Shown here one piece after another: positions 9,331-19,837 of a stretch of 64,000 nucleotides of DNA. Made by a program: the position numbers and the translations under genes. Each line of letters starts with the position of its first letter. The first letter of the stretch is position 1. The stretch lies in assembly GCA_027021705.1 (NCBI GenBank), contig JALUTT010000048.1:83654-147653 (forward strand), written 5' to 3'. The notes under the pieces were generated by a model, which was not told the DNA's origin, made no database searches, and saw nothing but the letters and a program-made list of their open reading frames with translations. This DNA comes from Anaerolineae bacterium. Lineage in GTDB: Bacteria > Chloroflexota > Anaerolineae > S140-20.

Positions 9331-11097
9331 ATGCACCGCATCCATCGCCACCTTTTTATCCTGCTGGTTGTCCCGTTTCTCCTCGCCGCCTGCGCCCGGC
9401 CCACCCCCGAGACCCGGGTGGAAGTCGTCAAAGAAACGGTGATCGTTACCCGCGTGGTGCGGGAGACCGTTGAGGTAACCCGGCGGGTGGATGTCACCAC
9501 GACGCCGCTCCCGGCCCCTTCTAAGGTCACCCTGGACCTGAACTTCGGGGCCGACGTGACCACGCTGGACCCCCAAACGGCCGAGGACCCCGATTCCATT
9601 GACGTGATCGAGAACCTCTTCGTGGGGCTGACCCGCTACAACCCAGAGACGGGCAGGGTGGAGCCGGCCCTGGCCGACAGTTGGGACATCTCCGACGACG
9701 GCCTTACCTGGACCTTCCGTCTGCGGGACGATGTGACCTGGGTGCGCTACAATCCGGTGGACGATGCCGTCGAGCAGATCCGCCCTGTGGTCGCCGCTGA
9801 CTTCTTGAACGGCCTGCGTCGCCTCTGTCACCCGACCAATACCTCCTACTACGCCGGCGTGGTTGCTCCCTTCATCAAGGGTTGTCAGTCGCTGCGCGAT
9901 AAGGCCCCGGCGGAGTTCCGGGAGGAAGATTGGGACCTGCTGGGCGTGGAGGCCCCTGAGGACAACCTCCTGGTCATCGAACTGGAAGTCCCCTTCTCCC
10001 CCTTCCTCTCGGTGCTGACGATGTGGCCCCTGCGCCCCATCCCCCAGGAGGTGATAGACCGCTTTGGCGAGCGCTGGATTGAGCCGGGCGTCATCCTGAC
10101 CAACGGCCCCTTCCTGCTCCGCCAGTGGGTGCACGGGACCCGGATGACGCTGGAGCGCAACCCCTTCTGGCCGGCCGACTGGCCGGGCAACGTGGAGGTG
10201 GTTCAGATCTACTTCCACGATCCGGTCACGGCGGCTGCTTGGTGGCAGGAGGGCCGGCTGGACCTCCTGGCAACGGATCAGGTGGGAACGCCTGATCTGG
10301 TGGCGACGCCGACGGCTTTCTTCTTCGCCTTTGCCTACGACAAGGAACCCTTCGACAACGTCGGAGTCCGGCGGGCCTTCTCGGCCGCGCTGGACCGGGA
10401 GGCGCTGGTCCGGGAGGCTCTGAAGGGAGCCGGTCTGCCCATGCGCCACCTCACTCCCCCCGGGCTCTTCGGTGCTCCCCCCCGCGACGAGGTAGGCGTG
10501 GGCTTCGACCCCCAGTTGGCCCGCAAGGCGCTGGAGGAGGCCGGCTACCCCGACTGCCAGGAATTCCCCCAGGTCACCCTCGCGGTGCTGAAGGACTCTC
10601 CCTCCTGGGCAGCGGCCGTGGAGTTCGCCATCGCCCGCTGGCAAGAGGTGCTGGGCTGCCCTGCCGACCGGTTCCAGGTCGTGTCCCAGGACTGGGACAC
10701 CCTGTTGACCATGGTCTCACCCGACGCGGAGACCGAGGCCCGTCCCCACCTGTGGACCTACGGCTGGGAGGCCGACTACCCCGACGCCAACAACTGGCTG
10801 GGCGACCTGCTCTGGTGCGAGGTGCCGGTCAACCAGCTCAAGCGGCCCTGTGAGGAGACGGACGACCTGATCGTCCAGGCGCGGGTGGAGCGAGACCCGG
10901 ACAAGCGGCTGGAGCTCTATCGGCAGATCGAGGAGCAGTTCTTCGGACCCGAGGGGGAGTTCCCCATCATCCCCCTCTGGGTGGGCGTCCAACCGGTGGC
11001 CCGGCAGTCCTGGCTGACCTACTCCCCGGCCGTCTTCGGTGGGGAGCGGTACGACCTCTACCGGCTGGACTGGAAGGCCAAGCTGGCGGGGCCTTAG
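9331..11097 (+). CDS. Peptide ABC transporter substrate-binding lipoprotein (OppA/family 5)
   Basis: AGGAGG RBS, lipobox LLAAC, TLDPQ..ENLFVGL..PALADSW, NGPF, WEADYPD. No permeases adjacent. Confidence 0.9.
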   Translation: MHRIHRHLFILLVVPFLLAACARPTPETRVEVVKETVIVTRVVRETVEVTRRVDVTTTPLPAPSKVTLDLNFGADVTTLDPQTAEDPDSIDVIENLFVGLTRYNPETGRVEPALADSWDISDDGLTWTFRLRDDVTWVRYNPVDDAVEQIRPVVAADFLNGLRRLCHPTNTSYYAGVVAPFIKGCQSLRDKAPAEFREEDWDLLGVEAPEDNLLVIELEVPFSPFLSVLTMWPLRPIPQEVIDRFGERWIEPGVILTNGPFLLRQWVHGTRMTLERNPFWPADWPGNVEVVQIYFHDPVTAAAWWQEGRLDLLATDQVGTPDLVATPTAFFFAFAYDKEPFDNVGVRRAFSAALDREALVREALKGAGLPMRHLTPPGLFGAPPRDEVGVGFDPQLARKALEEAGYPDCQEFPQVTLAVLKDSPSWAAAVEFAIARWQEVLGCPADRFQVVSQDWDTLLTMVSPDAETEARPHLWTYGWEADYPDANNWLGDLLWCEVPVNQLKRPCEETDDLIVQARVERDPDKRLELYRQIEEQFFGPEGEFPIIPLWVGVQPVARQSWLTYSPAVFGGERYDLYRLDWKAKLAGP

Positions 11098-11115
11098 TGC
11101 ATAGGGAAGGAGGAT

Positions 11116-11727
11116 ATGGGCAGGCGTAGACGTCCTCCCATTCCGGTGACGCTGGTCTTACCAGCCGAGCCGCCGACCCAGGAGGAGATTGATGCCATCT
11201 TGATGGCCGCCGACGCCATCGTTGGCCAGGCAGGCCGGAGCGGACTGGTGCTCATCCTCAACGGGTCACGTAGCAAGAAGGTGCGGGAATGGGAGTGGGA
11301 TAAGCTGCCGGACTACGGGGTGCTCAAACACCTGACGGCTGAGCAGATCGCCCGCAAGGTGGATTGGTGCATCCACCACCGCTGGCTCCGGCTGGAACAC
11401 AATCCCAACGGCATCCCCTTGCTCTACCACTCGGCGAAGGGGTGGGAACAGGTCAAACGTCTCTGGGTGAAGCGACTGCTGGGGTGGTTTGGGGCCTGGC
11501 AGGAGGCCGGTCAGCCCAAAAAGGTCTGGCCTCGCCTAGAGACCATCCACCGGGAGATCAAGCTGATGCTCCTGGCCGCTATCCGGGATCAAGAACGGCA
11601 CGATCTCGTTCCCGTCCTTCGGGCCTGGTTTCCCCACGAGGTGCGGGCGGTGCGCAAGGCGATCAACCGGACCCTGCAGGACTTGGGGTATCAGCCCCTT
11701 CTCCATCCCCGTTCGAAGCGGCGGTAA
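11116..11727 (+). CDS. RQC-domain (RQC-minor-like) DNA-binding protein
   Basis: AILMAAD..GRSGLVLILNGS..YGVLKHLT..KVDWCI..WLRLEH..PLL..KGWE pattern of standalone RQC winged-helix proteins. Confidence 0.65.
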   Translation: MGRRRRPPIPVTLVLPAEPPTQEEIDAILMAADAIVGQAGRSGLVLILNGSRSKKVREWEWDKLPDYGVLKHLTAEQIARKVDWCIHHRWLRLEHNPNGIPLLYHSAKGWEQVKRLWVKRLLGWFGAWQEAGQPKKVWPRLETIHREIKLMLLAAIRDQERHDLVPVLRAWFPHEVRAVRKAINRTLQDLGYQPLLHPRSKRR

Positions 11728-13156
11728 CGGCGATGGCCTCGCGGTAGACGGCGACGATCTCGGCGGTCTTGTGGGCCCAGGTCTGGTCGGCCACGGCGTC
11801 GGCGATGCGCCGGCGCTCGGCCATGGTGACCGGTCGGTGGAGCATCCGCAGGACCGCCTCGGCCAGTTCCCGACTGAAGGGCTCCTCGTCCTGGGGCAAG
11901 GGCTTCCCCCTCGCGTCCACGGCAATAGGGCGCACCAGCTCGGCCAGGCCGGCGGCCCGCAGCTCCGCCGGCACGAAGGTCGGCGGCCCGCCTCGGTCCG
12001 TGGCGATCACCCGCAGCCCTGAGGCCAGCGCTTCGATGAGCACCAGCCCGAAGGGCTCCTCCACCGAGGGCAGGACGAAGAGGTCGGCCACGTTCATCAG
12101 CCGGCTCACATCCTCGTAGCGGGCCTTGCCCGGCAGCAGCACCTCCCCTTCCAGCCCCAGCCTGTGCACCAGCGCCTCCAGCCGCGCCCGTGCCTCCGGC
12201 GGTCCCTCCCCCACGATCAGCGTCGCCACCGGTTCGGGGAAGGCCCGGTGGTAGTGGGCCGCCGCCCGGATGAGGTAGGGCAGCCCCTTGTAGTCGGCGA
12301 ACTTGCTGACGCAGAGGACGATCCGGGCCTTGGGATTGGGCAGCCGGATGCGGTAGTGGGCGAAGAGCGCAGCCCGGTCCACGGACTGCAGGCGGAAGAG
12401 GCGGTGGTTGTAACCGTTTCCGATGACCCGGACCCGGCTCGCCTCCACGCCGAAAGCCTGGACCGCCTGCTCGCCCGTGCGCGGGGAGATGGGCATCACC
12501 CGCTCGACCGACTGGACGCCGGGGCGGACCAGGGGGCCGAAGCGGGGGGCGTCCAGGAGCAGCTTGTAGGCCGTGCCGTGGACCGTCGTCACAATGGGCA
12601 GCCAGGGGGCGGCCAGACGGGCGATGGGGTTGAGGAGCCAGAGGTGGTTGACGTGGATGAGGTCGGGCCGGAAGTCCAGCGCCAGCCGGCGAATCTTGCC
12701 GTAGAAGGCCCGCAAGTAGGTGTTGAGCTGGGCCTCGGTCAGGTCCCGGAAGGGGCGGGAGGGGTAGGGCATCTGGAGGGACATCCCCGAGATGGGGAAG
12801 GGAACGTCGCCCTGGGGGTTCGCCTCGTCCTCGCTGAAGAGGAGGGTGTGGACGTGGTCATCGGGGAGGCCGCCGACCTCGTCGCCCCGGATGGGGTGGT
12901 AGGCCCCCGCCAGGACGGTCACCTGGTGGCCGGCCCGTTGCAGTTCCCCGACCACCTCGCGCAGGTAAACGCCGCTGCCCGTCTGGCCGGGCCGTTGGGA
13001 GAGGAGCATCAACACCCGCAGGGGGGCCTCGGGTGTCAGCCGGGCGACGCGGTCCTGCCAGAGGCGGGCTGCCCGGCGGACCACCGGATCGTCAGCAGCC
13101 CGCTGCCAAGCGGTGGTAAACGCTTTCAGGTCCTCGGTGGTGATGGAAGAGGCCAT
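11663..13156 (-). CDS. Glycosyltransferase family 4
   Basis: SQRPGQTGSG, KGL, ADLFVLPS-EEPFGLVLIEALASG (EX7E). Start placed at ATG 13156, just after the upstream gene. Confidence 0.9.
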   Translation of the reverse strand: MASSITTEDLKAFTTAWQRAADDPVVRRAARLWQDRVARLTPEAPLRVLMLLSQRPGQTGSGVYLREVVGELQRAGHQVTVLAGAYHPIRGDEVGGLPDDHVHTLLFSEDEANPQGDVPFPISGMSLQMPYPSRPFRDLTEAQLNTYLRAFYGKIRRLALDFRPDLIHVNHLWLLNPIARLAAPWLPIVTTVHGTAYKLLLDAPRFGPLVRPGVQSVERVMPISPRTGEQAVQAFGVEASRVRVIGNGYNHRLFRLQSVDRAALFAHYRIRLPNPKARIVLCVSKFADYKGLPYLIRAAAHYHRAFPEPVATLIVGEGPPEARARLEALVHRLGLEGEVLLPGKARYEDVSRLMNVADLFVLPSVEEPFGLVLIEALASGLRVIATDRGGPPTFVPAELRAAGLAELVRPIAVDARGKPLPQDEEPFSRELAEAVLRMLHRPVTMAERRRIADAVADQTWAHKTAEIVAVYREAIAVTAASNGDGEGADTPSPAGSG

Positions 13157-13170
13157 AGGGATGCCCACGA

Positions 13171-16100
13171 CTACCGCCGACGGCTGCGGCCCATCGAGCT
13201 CCGCCGCGATGATCCCCCGCTGCTGCTCCGACGGCGGGAAGCGCCACCGCTGCTGCGCCGTCGGGAGGAGCCACCTCCCCACGAGGACCCGCCACCTCCG
13301 AAACCGGAGCCCCAGCCAAATCCTCCTGAGGACCGTCGCCTCTCCCTTCGCTGCTTCCGCTCCCGCTCCGCTTGGGTCCGCTCGATGCGCTGACGGGCCT
13401 GGCGCTCGGCGGCCAGAGCGTAGCGTTTCGCATCGTTGGCTTGGTCTCGTATCCGCGTCAGCATTTCGCGGGAGACGGGGGTCTTGGGCAAGACCGGCAG
13501 GATGGAGCGAGCCCGCCGCAGCGATCCGACACCCGCCCGACCGGCATCGGGGTGGTTGACGACCCGCTCCGCGCTGCGGATCGCCCGCTGGGCTGAGCGG
13601 ACGGCGGTCCTGGCCGCTTGAAGGAGCCGGTCGTAGGCTTTGCGATCCACGTTGAGGCGCTGCTCGGCCTGGGCTGCCTGCTTCTCAACCGTCTCGTAGG
13701 CGGCGACGGCGGCCTGCAGCGCCTCTGCCAGCGCTTGGTCCTCCAGCCCTGCCAAGGCGGCCCGGGCCTTTTGGGCTTGGGAGAGGCCACGCTGCACCTG
13801 CCGAACCAGCTTGTTGAGCTCCGGCGTCTGGACCACCGCCGGCAGCGCTTCCGCTTCGGCCAGGCAGTCCTTTGCCCGCTTCCCTACCTGTTTGACCTTC
13901 GCTTCCAGTTTCTCCTGGAGTTCGTTGATCGCCTGGACCTGTTCCACGGCGGCAGCGTAGGCGGCCGTCGCCTGTTGTCGGGCTGCCATCTGGGCGTCCA
14001 CCGCAGCGATGAACTCGCGGGCTTTCGCCAGCCGCCGCGCTTCCTCCAGCTGACGGCGGGCCTGGGCGATCTGTTGGTCCACCGCCGGCCCGATCTTGAC
14101 GTCCTCCCGGTCCCGGAAGGCGATGGCCTTCTCCACCTCGGCCTCGGTGAGGCGAAGGGCCTCCTGGATGGTACGTTCGGCCGTCTGCACCTCCTCCAGA
14201 CGCTGTACGAGGGCTTGGAGCTGCCGTTCCGTCCGCGCCAGGTCGGCCTTCGCCTGGGTCAGTTCCGCTTCGGCCTCGGTGAGCTTCTGCTCCTCCAGGC
14301 TGTTGAGGCGGGCGATCTGCCGGAGCCGGCCCTCGCGCAGCTCCTGGAGGGTCTGGGTGGCCTGTTCCAGCCCTGCGGCGACGTCGGCCCAGTTGCCTTC
14401 GGGATAGCTTTGGAGGGCCTGCCAGGCGGGGAGCACCGTCTCCTGGCGGTACTGCTCCAGACGGGCCACTTCTTTCTGGAGTTGGTCGAGGGCGGCCTGG
14501 TTCTGCTGGTGCAGCGCCTGCCAGGCTTGGGCATCGGCCAGGGCCTGCTGGCTGTCGGCCTCCAGTTCTTCGATCCAAGAGGCGGCGGCCTGGTAATTGC
14601 CCGCCTCGATCTCCCGGATGATGGCTTGCAGGTCCGCCTCGACCTCCTCGAGCATCTTGGCCAGGTTGGGGGGGCGGTATCCCTGGGTGGTGATGGCTTC
14701 GATCTGGGGCTGCCGGCGGTTGTGGGCTTCGACGGCTGCGACGAAGGCCCTGACCGTCTCCAGGTCTCGCCGGACGGCGTCGGCCTGCCGGATGGTGCGC
14801 AGGAAGCGCCCGGCCTGCAGGTCGGCCTTCGCCTGGGTCAGGCGTCGGTCAAGAGCCGCGAAGACCTTCCGCCGGCTCATCACGAAAGGGGAGGGCACCT
14901 CCTCTTCGGCGGCCTGGCGCTGGGCTTTGGCCTCGGCGAGCCGCTCCGGGGCCTCCTGCTGAGCGGCCTGGAGGCGGGCGATCTGGCCCTTGACGTAGTC
15001 AATGTAGCCCAGGATCCCCTCGGCGTCGGTCTTGGAGGGGTCCACCACCATCAGTTCGACCTTGAGGGGGGTGCCGACCATCTCCCGCCGCAGGTCGTCC
15101 AACTGCTTGGCCAATTGCACGTCGTCCGGCTCCCGCTCCAGCACCAGCAGGGGGTCGAGGAGGGCGCGGAGTTCGTCGTCGGTGAGGTTGCGGATCTCCT
15201 CCCGGCTGCCGACGAGGGTGAGGTAGAGCATCTCCCAGTCTCGCACCTGCGTCTCCAGGGAGCGCCCCTCTTGCAAGGTCGGGTCAATCAGCTTCTGGCG
15301 CAGGTCGAAGGCGTCGCTCAGGGCTTCCTGGCTGCGCCGCAGGGCCTCCCGGACATCGGCGCGGAGCTCCTCTTCGTGCTCGCCCCCGTAGGCGCTGAAG
15401 AGCTGGTAGAGCATCGTCTCCTCGGGCCTCTCCCCTTGTAGCACCTGGTTGCAGGCGTTCAGCAGGTTCGAGGTGCGGGACCGCAGGACCTCCAGGTGGC
15501 GCCGGAGGGCTCGGCGGCGCTGGAACTGCTGCCAGGCGGGGCGGATGACCCGGGGGGTGAGCAGGTAGCCGCCGGCACCCAGGACGCCGAGGCCCAGGAG
15601 GCCGAGGAGCAGCTTGCCCAGTGGAGTAGGGGATGGGGCGGGAGAGGGAACCGGCGACGGAACGGGGGAGGGGACGGGGGAGGGCTGAGCCACCGTTGCC
15701 GGCCGGTAGATCTCGAAGGCGGTGGTCAGTGCCTGGACGAAAGCGCCAGTGGGGTCACCGGCGGCGATGGCGTTGCGCATCTGCCCCTTGACGCGGGCCA
15801 CGGCGGCATCGGTGTCCAGGGGGGAGCCGAAGAGCCGCTCGCCGAAGGTCACGCTGTAGGCCCAGCTCCGGTCGGCGGCGGTGCTGGCCTCGAAAGCGAT
15901 GCCGTTCCGGTCGAAGCTGTCGGGCTGGTTCAGGTCGCGCAGGCCGGCCTCGGCCTCGGCCTGATCCAGGAAGGCGAACCAATCCTCCTCGCTCTCCGGG
16001 CGGTAGTCGGTCAGGAGGATGAAGACGCGGAAGCCTTCATCGGCCCAGGGACGGGCGGCCTGGCAGATCGCCTCGACGTCCACCGGCCGGTCCGTCTCCA

Positions 16101-16221
16101 GGCGGAGGTCGGCGTAGGGGCAGGTGGGCTGGGCCTGGACGCGGGCGGCCGCACCTGCCACGACGACGGCGACCAGCAGCAGGACCAGGGCCTTCCAGCC
16201 CCGTGGAGTTCGTTGGATCAC
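13171..16221 (-). CDS. Membrane-anchored long coiled-coil protein (signal peptide, TPM-like extracellular domain, TM helix, cytoplasmic coiled coil, G/S/R-rich tail)
   Basis: Hydrophobic N-terminus ending ARVQA, PSPV linker, TM LLLGLLGLGVLGAGGY, about 700 aa of A/E/Q/R helix, tail GGGGSSRRRSS. GTG overlaps the upstream TGA. Confidence 0.75.
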   Translation of the reverse strand: MIQRTPRGWKALVLLLVAVVVAGAAARVQAQPTCPYADLRLETDRPVDVEAICQAARPWADEGFRVFILLTDYRPESEEDWFAFLDQAEAEAGLRDLNQPDSFDRNGIAFEASTAADRSWAYSVTFGERLFGSPLDTDAAVARVKGQMRNAIAAGDPTGAFVQALTTAFEIYRPATVAQPSPVPSPVPSPVPSPAPSPTPLGKLLLGLLGLGVLGAGGYLLTPRVIRPAWQQFQRRRALRRHLEVLRSRTSNLLNACNQVLQGERPEETMLYQLFSAYGGEHEEELRADVREALRRSQEALSDAFDLRQKLIDPTLQEGRSLETQVRDWEMLYLTLVGSREEIRNLTDDELRALLDPLLVLEREPDDVQLAKQLDDLRREMVGTPLKVELMVVDPSKTDAEGILGYIDYVKGQIARLQAAQQEAPERLAEAKAQRQAAEEEVPSPFVMSRRKVFAALDRRLTQAKADLQAGRFLRTIRQADAVRRDLETVRAFVAAVEAHNRRQPQIEAITTQGYRPPNLAKMLEEVEADLQAIIREIEAGNYQAAASWIEELEADSQQALADAQAWQALHQQNQAALDQLQKEVARLEQYRQETVLPAWQALQSYPEGNWADVAAGLEQATQTLQELREGRLRQIARLNSLEEQKLTEAEAELTQAKADLARTERQLQALVQRLEEVQTAERTIQEALRLTEAEVEKAIAFRDREDVKIGPAVDQQIAQARRQLEEARRLAKAREFIAAVDAQMAARQQATAAYAAAVEQVQAINELQEKLEAKVKQVGKRAKDCLAEAEALPAVVQTPELNKLVRQVQRGLSQAQKARAALAGLEDQALAEALQAAVAAYETVEKQAAQAEQRLNVDRKAYDRLLQAARTAVRSAQRAIRSAERVVNHPDAGRAGVGSLRRARSILPVLPKTPVSREMLTRIRDQANDAKRYALAAERQARQRIERTQAERERKQRRERRRSSGGFGWGSGFGGGGSSWGGGSSRRRSSGGASRRRSSSGGSSRRSSMGRSRRR

Positions 16222-16631
16222 GCTTTCCCCCTTTCTTGGTCCGGCAGCTTGCTCCACAACTTGTGTCGAATGAAGGTAAGGAATTCTCGGATGGCTTCTT
16301 CAGCGTTGTCACTTATATGGCTCTCCACAACGTTGTCTTCACGGCCGTCATGGAAGTGTTTGGGAAATGTTGCTATGTGGCGCCATCGGTGGTGGGGCGC
16401 GTTGTCATGGCGATAACAGTCGTTTGCCGGGGTCAAGCGACGCTCCCAGTGATAAGAATAGCGCCCTGTAACGGAGATAAAGATATCGAGGAAAGAGCCT
16501 TCCACTATCTCAAGACGCAACTTGACGGGATCGCCCGTAGGCAGTGTCATAATCTGAGCATTGACCACAATGTCTGCGAACTCACTCAGGGCGATGGCTC
16601 TCAGAGTTCTGTAGGTCTCGGAGATAGGCAT
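16218..16631 (-). CDS. DUF6516 (TumE-like) toxin-antitoxin-associated protein
   Basis: YSYHW..RHDNAPHH..TFPKHFH signature. Confidence 0.75.
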   Translation of the reverse strand: MPISETYRTLRAIALSEFADIVVNAQIMTLPTGDPVKLRLEIVEGSFLDIFISVTGRYSYHWERRLTPANDCYRHDNAPHHRWRHIATFPKHFHDGREDNVVESHISDNAEEAIREFLTFIRHKLWSKLPDQERGKA

Positions 16632-16902
16632 CCAGCTCCTCCAAGCGGGCTGTCAGGTTCTCGACGACGATAAGGTCCTCCCAGGCGGGGTGCTCCGTCA
16701 CCATCCCTTGGGCGATTTTGGCTTCCAAATCTGTAGCCGATTCTGCGCCATATCGAGCTAGGATGCCCAGACGTATCTGGAGGATCTGTCGCTTCTTTTC
16801 CCGCAGGAAGCTGATCAGTGCTTGGCGGAACAGATCGTCTTCGTCGAGCCCTAGCGATGTGGCGATTTTCGTGATCGTAGTAGGGGCAGAGGTAGATGCC
16901 AT
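16582..16902 (-). CDS. Small partner (putative antitoxin) of the DUF6516 protein
   Basis: GAGGTG RBS; ARYG..LEAKI..EHPAWED pattern; overlaps the DUF6516 gene. Confidence 0.65.
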   Translation of the reverse strand: MASTSAPTTITKIATSLGLDEDDLFRQALISFLREKKRQILQIRLGILARYGAESATDLEAKIAQGMVTEHPAWEDLIVVENLTARLEELDAYLRDLQNSESHRPE

Positions 16903-17112
16903 CGTCACTTCACCTCGACAAAGCTAGACCTTCACGGACTGCTGTCAACGGATTAGGAGAGCGGATTGAACGGAGAGAAGTGATCCCATAGGAGACGGTC
17001 TGGCCGATAAGTACCGATGCTCTCTCAAACGGATTTTGACAGGCCACCTACGGAGTCGTCGTCTTCCATCCGCTCAAGCGGATTCTATGGGAGACGACCC
17101 AACCCACTCTAG

Positions 17113-18591
<1,479 letters not shown>

Positions 18592-18654
18592 CGACCGCCG
18601 GTGGCCGGTGGCCGACCGCCGAACAGAGGGGGCACCGAGGGCTGAGGGTCGAGG

Positions 18655-18778
18655 GGCAGGGGACAAGGGCCAAGGGACCAAGGGACCACCCGACCACCTG
18701 ACCAAGGACCAAGGAACCACGCGACCAAGGGACCACTCGACCACCTGACCAAGCGACCACTCGACTACTTGACCACCA
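18655..18778. repeat. Degenerate 8-mer tandem array (GACCAAGG / GACCACYY)
   Basis: About 14 units between eno and degV. Confidence 0.85.
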
Positions 18779-18793
18779 GAGAGGGGGGGAATC

Positions 18794-19642
18794 GTGATCA
18801 AGATCGTGACCGATGCCGATGCCAGCCTCCCAGAAGCGGAGATGGACCGCTACGACATCACGACCATTCCGCTCTGGGTGCACTTCGGTGAGGAGACCTA
18901 CCGGGAGGGCATAGACCTCACGGCCGATGAGTTCTACGCCCGGCTCACGGCGTCGAAGGCGCTGCCGACTACCTCCCAGCCCTCGGCGGGGCAGTTCGTC
19001 GAGATCTACCGGCCTCTTCTGGAAGCCGGCCACGAGATCGTCTCCATCCACCTGTCCGGCGACCTCAGCGGCACCTGCCTCTCCGCTCATCAAGCCATCG
19101 AGATGCTGGGAGGCGATGTGCCCATCAGTGTCGTGGACTCACGCACCGTCTCCGTGGCCGAGGCGCTGCTGGTGCGGCAGGCGGCCCTCTGGGCCGAGGC
19201 CGGCCGGGATCGGAAGACCATCGCTGCCGATCTGGAGCGGGTCACGGACCGGGTGACCGTCTTCTTCACCGTCGAGACCCTGGAGTACCTGGCCAAAGGG
19301 GGGCGCATTGGCAAAGCCGCCGCGCTGATGGGCACCGTCCTCCGGGTGCAGCCGATCCTGTCCATCCAGGGAGGAATCATCGTCCCGGTCGAGCGCCCCC
19401 GCACCCGCCGACGGGCGGTCGCCCGTCTCCGGGAGTTGGTCCTGGAGCGGACGGGGGAGAACCAGGAGGTCTGGATGGGGATCGCCCACGCCCGCTGTCT
19501 GGACGAAGCGGAAGCGCTGGCCCAGTTCTTCCGCGAGACCCTATCGCCGGCCTTTCTCTTCATCCACGAGCTAGGGCCGGGGATCGGCACCCACGGGGGG
19601 CCGGGGACGCTGGGGGTAGCTCTTTACCACCCGGCGGAGTGA
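18794..19642 (+). CDS. DegV family fatty-acid-binding protein
   Basis: IKIVTD, TTSQPS, LSGT, VDS, YLAKGGRIG, THGGPG. Confidence 0.95.
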   Translation: MIKIVTDADASLPEAEMDRYDITTIPLWVHFGEETYREGIDLTADEFYARLTASKALPTTSQPSAGQFVEIYRPLLEAGHEIVSIHLSGDLSGTCLSAHQAIEMLGGDVPISVVDSRTVSVAEALLVRQAALWAEAGRDRKTIAADLERVTDRVTVFFTVETLEYLAKGGRIGKAAALMGTVLRVQPILSIQGGIIVPVERPRTRRRAVARLRELVLERTGENQEVWMGIAHARCLDEAEALAQFFRETLSPAFLFIHELGPGIGTHGGPGTLGVALYHPAE

Positions 19643-19670
19643 GCTGGACGACCAGGGAGCATCGTCTCAA

Positions 19671-19698
19671 GAGGCCGTCCTGGCGCCAGGACGGCCTC
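19671..19698. terminator. Perfect 28-bp palindrome after degV (terminator-like)
   Basis: GAGGCCGTCCTGGC|GCCAGGACGGCCTC. Confidence 0.6.
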
Positions 19699-19837
19699 CG
19701 CGTGTTTATGAAATTCTTATCTCTCCTCGACCGATGTTTATCCCTTTTTTGCCCGGAGGCGGTATGATAGAGGCAGGTCCTTTCTCCAGGCGCGCTTGTG
19801 AGCCGCCCCCTGGAATAGAGCAAAAGGAGGGAGAAGA

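Noticed and set aside
16942..17098. CTGTCAA..TTGACAG inverted ends and a nearby hairpin as a MITE or ncRNA
   Set aside because: Only a 7-bp IR, no TSD and no second copy in the window.
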